Of a stretch of 64,000 nt of DNA, positions 50,354 to 58,626 are shown piece after piece (position 1 is the first letter of the stretch; every line of letters begins with the position of its first letter). A program made the translations under genes and the position numbers. This DNA is from Candidatus Methylomirabilota bacterium (GTDB lineage: Bacteria > Methylomirabilota > Methylomirabilia > Rokubacteriales > CSP1-6). The stretch lies in NCBI GenBank assembly GCA_036265915.1, contig DATAOC010000059.1, forward strand, positions 5 to 64,004, given 5' to 3'. Below the pieces are notes generated by a model, which worked only from the letters and a program-made list of their open reading frames with translations, searched no databases and was not told the DNA's origin.

Positions 50354-51448
50354 ATGCCGCCGCGTTCACGCGCCCTGATCGTCCTGACCGTCCTGGCGAC
50401 GAGCATCGCCGGCTGCGCAGGCGCCACGGCCCCGTCCGGGGAGCAGACCCGCTTGTGGCGAGAGACGCCGGCCGCGACGGCTGCTCCCGAACTCGTCCGC
50501 TTCAACGACCTGCTCGCGGATCTCGCCGAGCGCCTGAAGCCTGCTCTGGTGCACGTTCGCGTCCGTCGCGGCGGTGCGCCGGCCCGGGATGACAGCGACT
50601 CGCCGGGTGAGCCGCGCCGCTCGACAGGCTCGGGATTCCTGATCGAGCCGACCGGCATGATCGTGACCAATGCCCATGTCGTGGAGCAGGCGGAATGGAT
50701 TCAGGTCCGGCTGTCGGATGGCCGTCGCTTCGGTGGACGGATCGTCGGGCTCGACAGTCGCGTCGACCTGGCGCTGGTGAAGATCGACGCCACCGATCTT
50801 CCATCGCTGCCCCTCGGCGACTCGAACCGTCTACGCGTCGGTGAGTTCGTCCTCGCGCTGGGTCATCCCTTCGGCCTCGAGCAGTCTGTGTCCTTCGGCA
50901 TCGTCAGCCGGAAGGGTGCGCCGCTGACGGTTGCTGCGCCGGGCTTCGACTTCATCCAGACGGACGCGGCGATCAATCCCGGGAACTCCGGGGGGCCGCT
51001 CGTGAACATGGCCGGCCAGGTGATCGGCGTGAACAGTATGGCTGCCCGCAACGGGTCCATCGGCTTCGCGATCCCGTCGAACCTCGTGAAGCTGCTCGTT
51101 CCGCAGCTCGCGACCAAGGGCAAGGTGGAGTGGGGCTGGCTCGGCGTCTCGATCGCCGAGGTCACCGACGAGGATCTATCCCGCCTGAAGCTGCGTGAAG
51201 CGCGCGGCGTCCTCATCCGCGGCGTCATGCCGGGTGAGCCGGCGGATCGCGGCGGCGTCCGCGCGGATGACGTCCTGGTCGCGCTCGACGGAACGCCGCT
51301 CGACACGCCGCGGGATCTTCAGCGCGTCGTGTCCTCGACGCCGGTCGGCAAGCAAGTGCGCGTGCGGCTGCTGCGCGAGGGGCGCGAAACCGAGGTGGAG
51401 ATCACCATCGGCCTCTACAAGGATCGCGAGATCCTCAGAGAGCCGTAG
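50354..51448 (+). CDS. HtrA/DegP-family serine protease with one PDZ domain, lipoprotein-type signal
   Basis: The lipobox is SIAGC. The catalytic triad context is intact: TNAHVV, DLALVKI and GNSGGPL. A PDZ domain follows. Confidence 0.85.
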   Translation: MPPRSRALIVLTVLATSIAGCAGATAPSGEQTRLWRETPAATAAPELVRFNDLLADLAERLKPALVHVRVRRGGAPARDDSDSPGEPRRSTGSGFLIEPTGMIVTNAHVVEQAEWIQVRLSDGRRFGGRIVGLDSRVDLALVKIDATDLPSLPLGDSNRLRVGEFVLALGHPFGLEQSVSFGIVSRKGAPLTVAAPGFDFIQTDAAINPGNSGGPLVNMAGQVIGVNSMAARNGSIGFAIPSNLVKLLVPQLATKGKVEWGWLGVSIAEVTDEDLSRLKLREARGVLIRGVMPGEPADRGGVRADDVLVALDGTPLDTPRDLQRVVSSTPVGKQVRVRLLREGRETEVEITIGLYKDREILREP

Positions 51449-51468
51449 CGGTCCGTTCGTACACTCGA

Positions 51469-51966
51469 TCAGACGCGCGCGCGGGGAACGGCGACCGCCG
51501 CCAGCGTCGCTCGCACCCACGGCGCATCGAGCGACGGAAGTGGGCGATACTGCACGCCGCTCGTGATCTGCGCGCCGCCTTCCCATTCCGCCGCCGAATC
51601 CTCGAGCACGTCGTCCACCGCGAGCAAGAAATACGCGAGGTCGCGCGCCGCGGCTGCCACCTCGAGCGGACCGTCGATCAGCCGGCTCTTGACGTACATC
51701 GTCGTCCCCGGCTCCACGATCAGCAGCGTCGCCACGCCGTGGCGCGATAGATTGCGCGCGGTGCCGCTTCCCGCGTCGATCACGAGCCCCAATGTCGCGG
51801 CGTCGTACGCGCGGATCTCGATGTAGGACAGCAGCATCGCGTGTGGCCGCCCGGCGCCGTCCACCGTCACGAACGGCAGCGCGGCGCCGAGTCGTGCGGG
51901 GAGATCGCTTTGAGACAGCCTCGCGCGCAGATCGGGCGGGAGCCGGGCGCCGAGTGAACGACTCAC
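51469..51966 (-). CDS. Pyridoxamine 5'-phosphate oxidase-like FMN-binding split-barrel protein
   Basis: The pattern LPFVTVDGAGRPHAMLLSY...ATLLIVEPGTTMYVKSRL is typical of the family. The call is weak. Confidence 0.45.
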   Translation of the reverse strand: MSRSLGARLPPDLRARLSQSDLPARLGAALPFVTVDGAGRPHAMLLSYIEIRAYDAATLGLVIDAGSGTARNLSRHGVATLLIVEPGTTMYVKSRLIDGPLEVAAAARDLAYFLLAVDDVLEDSAAEWEGGAQITSGVQYRPLPSLDAPWVRATLAAVAVPRARV

Positions 51967-52141
51967 GCAGCCATGCTAACACCGTCACGCGAGCACCAGA
52001 CCGCACGCCGGATTGGCACAAGCATCGGTTCGCAGTCCTCCAAGCGCGTGAAAACGTGGACGCCGAAGCGTGGTGTGCCACTTGCACTACGCACGCGCGC
52101 GATCCACGTCGGGTCGTCTCGCATCCCCCAAGGACGGCGCC

Positions 52142-52804
52142 ATGGAAGGGCTTCGGTGGTGGCTTCTGCTCCTCACGGCAGTCATGTTCTCGATGTCCGG
52201 CTGCGCGACCGCCGGGGAACAGTGGTCGACGTGGACCACGCACCCGGCGCACTTCGCATCGAGCCACCATTTCAAGTTCTCCATGAAGCGGCACGACAGC
52301 GAAGCGTCGATCACGGAGCAGGACATGGTCGCCGCGGCGCGCGAGGAGTGGTGGGGGCGGCTGGTCCCGGAGGGGGCCGAGACGCCGGGCGGGCCCGCGA
52401 CTCACGAGCCACCGCAGGCGGCGCTGTCGTCGGGTCCCCAGGCGGCAATGCCGTCGATGGACATGACCGGCAACTGGCGTGGGACGTGGGTGTCCCGAGG
52501 ACTCTTCGGCGACGAGCGCTCGAGCGACGTGCAGGCGACGTTCCGGCAGGCGGGTAAGGGCGGTGTCGGCCGGATCTCGCTGGTCGACGTGAATGCGGCG
52601 ATTGGTCTGCCACTGCGATTCCGCGAGGCGGGGTCGGCCGGCGTGCCCGTCTTCTATCGCGTGGACGGCGTCGATGTCGTTGCACGCGATCAGAGCGGCA
52701 CGGCGGTGAAGCTGACCTTCACACGTGTCGGCGACACGATCTACGGCAAGATCGTCGACTCGCCGGCGCCGACCGTCCTCGTTCTGGAGCGCCAGCCCGA
52801 CTGA
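52142..52804 (+). CDS. Hypothetical lipoprotein
   Basis: The signal peptide has a lipobox (LLLLTAVMFSMSGC). There is no recognisable domain. Confidence 0.6.
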   Translation: MEGLRWWLLLLTAVMFSMSGCATAGEQWSTWTTHPAHFASSHHFKFSMKRHDSEASITEQDMVAAAREEWWGRLVPEGAETPGGPATHEPPQAALSSGPQAAMPSMDMTGNWRGTWVSRGLFGDERSSDVQATFRQAGKGGVGRISLVDVNAAIGLPLRFREAGSAGVPVFYRVDGVDVVARDQSGTAVKLTFTRVGDTIYGKIVDSPAPTVLVLERQPD

Positions 52805-52815
52805 GTGCACGCCGC

Positions 52816-52849
52816 GCCCGGGGGCCCGCTGTTCGGCAGGCCCCCGGGC
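52816..52849. terminator. Bidirectional GC hairpin between convergent genes
   Basis: Perfect 11 bp stem GCCCGGGGGCC (52816-52826) / GGCCCCCGGGC (52839-52849) with a 12 nt loop. Confidence 0.6.
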
Positions 52850-52852
52850 TCT

Positions 52853-53722
52853 TCAGTAGCCCCGCGTCCGGTCCACGACTTCCCGCAGTGGTTGTCCGTC
52901 CACGAATCGCCGAAGATTGTCGATCCACAGCGCCGCCACCGTCTCATCGCGCGACGGATGCAGCCCACCGACGTGCGGGAAGATCGTGATACCGGGCGTG
53001 CTCCACAGCGCCGAGTCCGTCGGCAGCGGCTCGGTGACGAAGACGTCGAGCACCGCGCCCGCGATCACGCCGTCCCGCACCGCGGTGACGAGATCGTCGG
53101 CGACAACGGTGTCGCCGCGGCCGAAATTCAGCAGATGCGCGCCGGGCTTCATCCGGTGAAGCGCGGCGGCGCCAATCAGACCGCGCGTCTCCGCCGTCGA
53201 CGGCAGCAGCACGACGACGTAGTCGGACTCCCGGAGCACGACGTCGGTGTCGGCCGGCGGATAGACGCGCTCCACGTGGGGCACCGGCGCGCCGTCGCGC
53301 TTCGTGCCGATGACGCGCATCTCGAGTGCGGCCGCCTTGCGCGCGAGCTCGGCGCCGATCGCGCCGAGACCCAGGATGCCGAGTGTCCGACCCGCCAGTG
53401 TCGGATTCACGTGTCGCGTCCAGCGGCGCTCGCGCTGGTCCAGCACGATGGCCGCCAGCGACTTCGTGACGAGGAACAGTGCGGCCAGGATGTGCTCCGG
53501 CATGGCGAGCCGGTGGCTTCCGCGTGCGCACGTGAGGGTCGCGCGGTCGGGACAGTCAGCGACGAGCCACTGGTCGACGCCGCCGGTCAGGGACTGGATC
53601 CACGCGAGCCGCGGAGCGCGTTCCGCGAGTCGCGCCGGCGGTCGCCATGCGAGGAGCGCGTCAGCACGCCCGAGGACAAGGTCGGGCGGATCGGTCGCGA
53701 GAGGAACGACGTCGAAGGACAC
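52853..53722 (-). CDS. D-isomer-specific 2-hydroxyacid dehydrogenase family; true start uncertain (may extend to about 53788)
   Basis: The NAD motif is GILGLGAIGAELARK, and RGD..V/H catalytic region residues are present. GTG 53722 is the first canonical start. However, the in-frame upstream sequence VLLWLDKAEPYLRAAKDAGFASR looks like the family N-terminus and contains only CTG codons. Confidence 0.75.
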   Translation of the reverse strand: MSFDVVPLATDPPDLVLGRADALLAWRPPARLAERAPRLAWIQSLTGGVDQWLVADCPDRATLTCARGSHRLAMPEHILAALFLVTKSLAAIVLDQRERRWTRHVNPTLAGRTLGILGLGAIGAELARKAAALEMRVIGTKRDGAPVPHVERVYPPADTDVVLRESDYVVVLLPSTAETRGLIGAAALHRMKPGAHLLNFGRGDTVVADDLVTAVRDGVIAGAVLDVFVTEPLPTDSALWSTPGITIFPHVGGLHPSRDETVAALWIDNLRRFVDGQPLREVVDRTRGY

Positions 53723-53803
53723 TCGCGACGCGAAGCCGGCGTCCTTCGCCGCGCGCAGGTAGGGCTCGGCCTTGTCGAGCCAGAGCAGTACGGAACGCGC
53801 GGT

Positions 53804-55021
53804 CTAAGCTCCGGCGCGTGCGGGAACGGCCGCAGGCGCCTCGTGACCGTTGGGTGCCTCGCACGCGGCGCTCGCCCCGGCCCGATGGATGGACAGGTCT
53901 CTGATGGTCGGATTTGTCCCGCACAGCGGGCAGTTCGGGTCGCGGCGCAGGCGCACCTCGCGGAAGCGCATGCCGAGAGCATCGTAGGTCAGCAGGCGGC
54001 CGATGAGCGGCTCACCGATGCCGAGGATGAGCTTGACCGCTTCGGTGGCCTGCACCACGCCAATCATGCCTGGGAGCACGCCCAGGACGCCGGCCTCGCT
54101 TCAGGACGGCACCAGGCCGGGTGGCGGTGGCGAGGGATACAGGCATCGATAGCAGGGGCCTTGGTTCGGCGCGAACACCGTCGCCATCCCCTCGAACTGG
54201 AAGATGGATCCGTGCACGTTCGTCTTGCCGGCGAGGTAGCACGCGTCGTTCACGAGATATCGGGTCTCGAAATTGTCGGAGCCGTCCACCACGAAATCGT
54301 AGTCCTTGATGATCTCCATCACGTTGTCGACCGTGATGCGCGTGGGCAGCGCAATCACGTTCACGTCGGGATTCAGCGCCTTCAGCGCGCGGGTGCCGGA
54401 CTCGACTTTCGGTTTCCCGACATCGGCCGTCGTGTGCAGGATCTGCCGCTGCAGATTCGTGATGTCCACGACGTCGCCGTCCATGAGACCGAGCGTGCCG
54501 ACTCCTGCCGCGGCGAGATAGAGCGCGGTCGGGGATCCGAGGCCGCCGGCGCCGATCAGCAGTACCTTGCTTCGCAGCAGGCGCCGCTGACCCTTGTCGC
54601 CGACCTGCGCCAGCAGGAAGTGCCGGCTGTAGCGCTGGATCTGGTCCGCCGTCATCGGAACGTCCTTCACGACCGGCAGGCCCGACTGCGCCCACTTCTG
54701 ATAACCGCCCTGAAGATTGATGACGGTCTGGTATCCGAGCTCCTTGAGCTGCTTGGCAGCCAGAATCGAGCGCAGGCCGGTCTGGCAGTAGAGAACGATC
54801 GGCGTCGCCGGGTCACTGACCGCGGTGCCGATCCGGAACTCGAGGAACCCGCGGCTGATGTTGCTCGCCGCCTCGATGTGTCCGTCGCGGTACTCATCGG
54901 GATCGCGGACGTCGATCACGACGGGCGGAGCCTCGGATTTCAACTGCCGCGCGAGCTCGTCGGGACCCTCTTCGGGAACCACCTGCCGCGCCTCCGCCAG
55001 CATGTCTCTCAGCGTCTTCAT
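53804..55021 (-). CDS. Rhodanese-MoeB/ThiF (E1-like adenylyltransferase) fusion with an in-frame TGA at 54103-54101 (selenocysteine candidate, otherwise a nonsense pseudogene)
   Basis: The rhodanese domain has VIDVRDPDEYRDGHI and the active loop CQTGLR. The ThiF domain has LLIGAGGLGSP and CYRCLYP. The sequence PPPPGLVPS-TGA-SEAGVLG continues in frame through QATEAVKLILGIGEPL and CPLCG to TAG 53804. The alternative start is ATG 55054. Confidence 0.65.
54069..54086 (-). promoter_or_regulatory. Candidate SECIS-like hairpin downstream of the in-frame UGA
   Basis: The mRNA can form CCUGGG-CGUGCU-CCCAGG, a perfect 6 bp stem beginning 14 nt after the UGA. The loop GU falls at +25/+26 counting the U of UGA as +1. 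Confidence 0.35.
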
Positions 55022-55105
55022 CGAGGTGATATTACCCCTATTTCCGGTCGGCATTCAATTCGATCCCCGCGCACTGCGCGCTTCGTGCCGTACGCGGCCG
55101 GCTGC

Positions 55106-55111
55106 TATACT
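55106..55111 (+). promoter_or_regulatory. TATACT -10-like hexamer 11 nt upstream of the rfbA ATG
   Basis: No SD lies between the hexamer and ATG 55123. A 13 nt palindrome CGCGCACTGCGCG (55068-55080) sits just upstream. Confidence 0.35.
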
Positions 55112-55122
55112 CGCAAAAATCC

Positions 55123-56007
55123 ATGGCGAGTACCACGAAAGGCATCATCCTCGCCGGCGGCTCAGGTACCCGGCTGTATCCCGCAACGCTGGCCCTCAGC
55201 AAGCAGCTGGTGCCCATCTACAACAAGCCGATGATCTACTACCCGCTCGCCACGCTCATGCTCGCCGGCGTCCGGGACATCCTGGTCATCTCGACGCCTC
55301 ACGACCAGGACGCGTTCAGGCGCCTGCTGCACGACGGCAGCCATGTCGGGCTGCGGATCCGCTATGCCGTGCAGCCGAGTCCCGACGGCCTGGCCCAGGC
55401 GTTCCTCATCGGCGACGAGTTCATCGGCCGCGATCCGGTCGCGCTGGCGCTCGGCGACAACGTCTTCTATGGCCACGGCCTGCCCGAATCGGTGAAGCGG
55501 GCGGCGGCGCGCGAGAGCGGCGCCACGGTGTTCGCGTACTGGGTTCGGGACCCGCAGCGCTACGGCGTCGTCGAGTTCGACGAGGCGGGCCGGGCGATCG
55601 GCCTCGAGGAGAAGCCGGCGAAGCCGCGATCGCCGTGGGCGGTCACCGGTCTCTACTTCTATGACAACCGCGTGGTCGCGATCGCGGCGGGCCTGAAGCC
55701 GTCCGCGCGCGGCGAGCTCGAGATCACCGACGTGAACCTCGCGTACCTCCGCACGGGCGAGCTGCAGGTGGAGCGGCTCGGCCGCGGGGTCGCCTGGCTC
55801 GACACCGGTACCCACGAGGCGCTCCTGCAGGCGTCGACGTTCATCCAGACGCTGGAGGAGCGGCAGGGCCTCATGGTCGCGTGCATCGAGGAGATCGCGT
55901 ATCGCATGGGGTACATCGAGGCGGCCGACGTGCTACGGCTCGCCAAGCCGATGCGCGACAACTCGTACGGCGAGTACCTGCGACGTCTCATCGAGCCGGA
56001 ACCGTAG
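55123..56007 (+). CDS. rfbA: Glucose-1-phosphate thymidylyltransferase
   Basis: The motifs are [30 protein letters not shown] and EITDVN. Confidence 0.9.
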   Translation: MASTTKGIILAGGSGTRLYPATLALSKQLVPIYNKPMIYYPLATLMLAGVRDILVISTPHDQDAFRRLLHDGSHVGLRIRYAVQPSPDGLAQAFLIGDEFIGRDPVALALGDNVFYGHGLPESVKRAAARESGATVFAYWVRDPQRYGVVEFDEAGRAIGLEEKPAKPRSPWAVTGLYFYDNRVVAIAAGLKPSARGELEITDVNLAYLRTGELQVERLGRGVAWLDTGTHEALLQASTFIQTLEERQGLMVACIEEIAYRMGYIEAADVLRLAKPMRDNSYGEYLRRLIEPEP

Positions 56008-56031
56008 CGTGCTAGACTCCCGGTCTCACTG

Positions 56032-56568
56032 ATGGAGTTCACGCCGGACGCCAAGCGTGCGTTTCAGCTCCAGTCGTATGGCGGCGCGCCCACGATCGAC
56101 GGCGTTCGTCTCGTCGAGCTCAAGCGACACGCCGACGACGGCGGCTCCATGACCGAGCTCGCGCGGCTGGTCGAGGCGCGACCCGAAGCGCTCGCGGACT
56201 TCACGGTCCGGCAGATCAACTACAGCGAGATGGCGCCGGGAGCCATCAAGGCGTTCCACCTGCATCAGCGGCAGACGGACGTCTGGTACGTGCCGCCCTC
56301 GGACCGGCTGCTCGTGGTTCTACTCGACGTGCGCCAGCGCTCGCGCACCGAAGGCGTGCGCATGCGCGTGGTCCTCGGCAACGGAGGCTCGCGGCTGCTC
56401 GCGATTCCTCCCGGCGTCGCCCACGGCGTTCGCAACCTCGCGAGCGACACGGGGCGCATCATCTACTTCACCGACGTGCACTTCTCGGCCGAGCCGTCGG
56501 CCTGCGACGAGGGCCGCCTGCCGTGGGACTTCGCCGGCGCCGATGTCTGGGAGATGACGCGAGGATGA
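56032..56568 (+). CDS. rfbC: dTDP-4-dehydrorhamnose 3,5-epimerase-like cupin (RmlC family)
   Basis: The cupin core reads IKAFHLHQRQTDVWYV...IPPGVAHGVRN, and the gene sits between rfbA and rfbB. Confidence 0.6.
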   Translation: MEFTPDAKRAFQLQSYGGAPTIDGVRLVELKRHADDGGSMTELARLVEARPEALADFTVRQINYSEMAPGAIKAFHLHQRQTDVWYVPPSDRLLVVLLDVRQRSRTEGVRMRVVLGNGGSRLLAIPPGVAHGVRNLASDTGRIIYFTDVHFSAEPSACDEGRLPWDFAGADVWEMTRG

Positions 56569-56581
56569 GCGCCGCGCGCGT

Positions 56582-57580
56582 ATGAAGCTCGTCGTCACCG
56601 GCGGCGCCGGGTTCATCGGCAGCAACTTCATCCGCCACGTCCTGCAGCACCATCCCGACGACAGCGTCGTCAATCTCGACAAGCTGACGTACGCCGGCAA
56701 CCGCGCGAACCTGGCCGATCTCGAGCACGACGGCCGGTACGCGTTCGTCCACGGCGACGTCTGCGATGGCAAGCTGGTGCGCGACGTCGTCCGCGGCGCG
56801 GACGCCATCGTGAACTTCGCCGCCGAATCGCACGTCGACCGCTCGCTGGTGGAGCCCGATGCGTTTCTCAAGACGGACGTGTTCGGCGTCTTCACGCTGC
56901 TGGAGGCCGTGCGCGAGCTGCGCGTGCCGCGGCTGCTGCACGTCAGTACCGACGAGGTCTACGGCAGCGTGCCGCGCGGCTCGTCGCACGAGACCGACGC
57001 CGTGCGGCCGTCGAACCCGTACTCCGCCTCCAAGGCCGGCGGTGACCTCCTCGCGCTCGCCTACTGGCACACGCACCGCGTTCCCGTGCTGATCACGCGC
57101 TCGTCGAACAATTTCGGGCCGTATCAGTATCCGGAGAAGGTCGTGCCGCTCTTCATCACCAACGCGCTCGACGACCGTCCGCTTCCGCTGTACGGGGACG
57201 GTCGCAACGTGCGGGACTGGCTGTACGTGCTCGACAACTGCGCGGCGATCGACCTCGTGCTGCGCCGCGGCGGCGACGGCGAGGTCTACAACATCGGCGG
57301 TGGGCACGAGGTGGAGAACATCGACCTGACGCGCGCGATCCTGCGCCTGACCGGCAAGCCCGAGACGCTCATCGAGCGCGTGGCGGACCGGCCCGGCCAC
57401 GACCGGCGATACTCTGTCGACTCCGGCAAGGTCGCGCAGCTCGGCTGGTCGCCGCGACACCCGTTCGCCTCCGCGCTCGAGGCGACCGTGCGCTGGTATC
57501 GCGAGCACGAAGCGTGGTGGCGGCCGCTGAAATCCGGCGAGTTCCGCGCGTGGTACGAGCGCCAGTACGGTCATCGCTAG
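56582..57580 (+). CDS. rfbB: dTDP-glucose 4,6-dehydratase
   Basis: It has TGGAGFIGSNF, the YSASKAG catalytic motif and the DRPGHDRRY motif. Confidence 0.9.
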   Translation: MKLVVTGGAGFIGSNFIRHVLQHHPDDSVVNLDKLTYAGNRANLADLEHDGRYAFVHGDVCDGKLVRDVVRGADAIVNFAAESHVDRSLVEPDAFLKTDVFGVFTLLEAVRELRVPRLLHVSTDEVYGSVPRGSSHETDAVRPSNPYSASKAGGDLLALAYWHTHRVPVLITRSSNNFGPYQYPEKVVPLFITNALDDRPLPLYGDGRNVRDWLYVLDNCAAIDLVLRRGGDGEVYNIGGGHEVENIDLTRAILRLTGKPETLIERVADRPGHDRRYSVDSGKVAQLGWSPRHPFASALEATVRWYREHEAWWRPLKSGEFRAWYERQYGHR

Positions 57581-57593
57581 CCCCGGAGGTGCC

Positions 57594-58610
57594 ATGAGCC
57601 GACGTCTCAGCCTCGTGGTCGCGGCCGTCGTTCTGCTGCCCGGCCTTGCGCTTGCCGTTCCGCGCCCCCTGCCGCCGCGTCTGCATCCGAGCGCGGTGTC
57701 GCCGCTCCCGAGCTACATCCGGAAGGTGGAGCCGTCCGTGGTCGCGCTCGCGGTCACGGCGCCGGCCGAGGCGCCGTCGTCGACGCGGCTGGGCGCCCAG
57801 CGTGCGGGCAGTGGCGTGATCTTCGACGACCGCGGCTACGTGGTGACGGTGAGCTACCTCGTGCTCGACGCTCTGCGCATCGAGGCGCGCACCCGCGACG
57901 GCGCCGTCGTCAACGCGCGCCTGGTTGGCGTCGACCTCGACACGGGCCTCGCCGTGGTGCGGCTCGACGCGCACGGTCCGTGGCCGGCGGCGCCGCTCGG
58001 CGATTCCCGGGACGTGGCCGCTGGCGCGATCGCGGGTCTCGTGGGCGCCGACGAGGACAACGACCTCGTGCACGCGGCCGCGCACGTCGACGGCGTCCGG
58101 CGGTTCTCCGCATTCTGGGAGTACATGCTGCCGCGGGCGTTCATCGTATCGCCCGCCATCGCCTCGTGGGGCGGGAGCGCGATGGTCGACGAGCGCGGCC
58201 AGCTCGTCGGCATCGTGTCGCTGCGTCTCGGTGAAGAGCCGTCGTACGTGAACATGGCCATTCCGCTCGAGACGTTTCTGCCCGTGAAGGACGAGCTGAT
58301 CGCGACCGGCCGGATCGAGAGCCGCCGGCCGCGGCCGTGGATCGGCCTGAACACGCGCGCCAGCGCCGACGGCGTGTTCGTCGACGGCTTCAACGAATCG
58401 GGGCCGGCGCGGCTCGCCGGGTTCGTGAAGGGCGACCGGATCATCGGGGTGAACGGCGTGAAGGTCCACACGCAGGAAGAGTTCTACGAGCAAATGTGGC
58501 GGCGTCGCGCGGGCGACACGATCGAGGTCGTCGTCCGCCGTGCCCAGGCGGTGCGCACCATCCCCGTCCGCTCGATCGACCGCACCACGCTGTACCGGAC
58601 CTCGCAATAA
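57594..58610 (+). CDS. HtrA-like trypsin-fold plus PDZ protein with all three catalytic residues substituted (pseudoprotease)
   Basis: Compared with the HtrA at 50354..51448: TNAHVV becomes TVSYLV, VDLALVKI becomes TGLAVVRL and GNSGGPL becomes ASWGGSA. A signal peptide and a C-terminal PDZ-like region are present. Confidence 0.7.
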   Translation: MSRRLSLVVAAVVLLPGLALAVPRPLPPRLHPSAVSPLPSYIRKVEPSVVALAVTAPAEAPSSTRLGAQRAGSGVIFDDRGYVVTVSYLVLDALRIEARTRDGAVVNARLVGVDLDTGLAVVRLDAHGPWPAAPLGDSRDVAAGAIAGLVGADEDNDLVHAAAHVDGVRRFSAFWEYMLPRAFIVSPAIASWGGSAMVDERGQLVGIVSLRLGEEPSYVNMAIPLETFLPVKDELIATGRIESRRPRPWIGLNTRASADGVFVDGFNESGPARLAGFVKGDRIIGVNGVKVHTQEEFYEQMWRRRAGDTIEVVVRRAQAVRTIPVRSIDRTTLYRTSQ

Positions 58611-58626
58611 GCGGTACCCTCGGCTC

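Noticed and set aside
53804-53806. TAG read-through (or pyrrolysine) fusing the MoeB-like protein to the downstream dehydrogenase because both are in the same frame.
   Set aside because: A shared frame has a one-in-three chance. There is no supporting signal and no biological precedent that I know of. Non-canonical initiation of the dehydrogenase is the simpler explanation.
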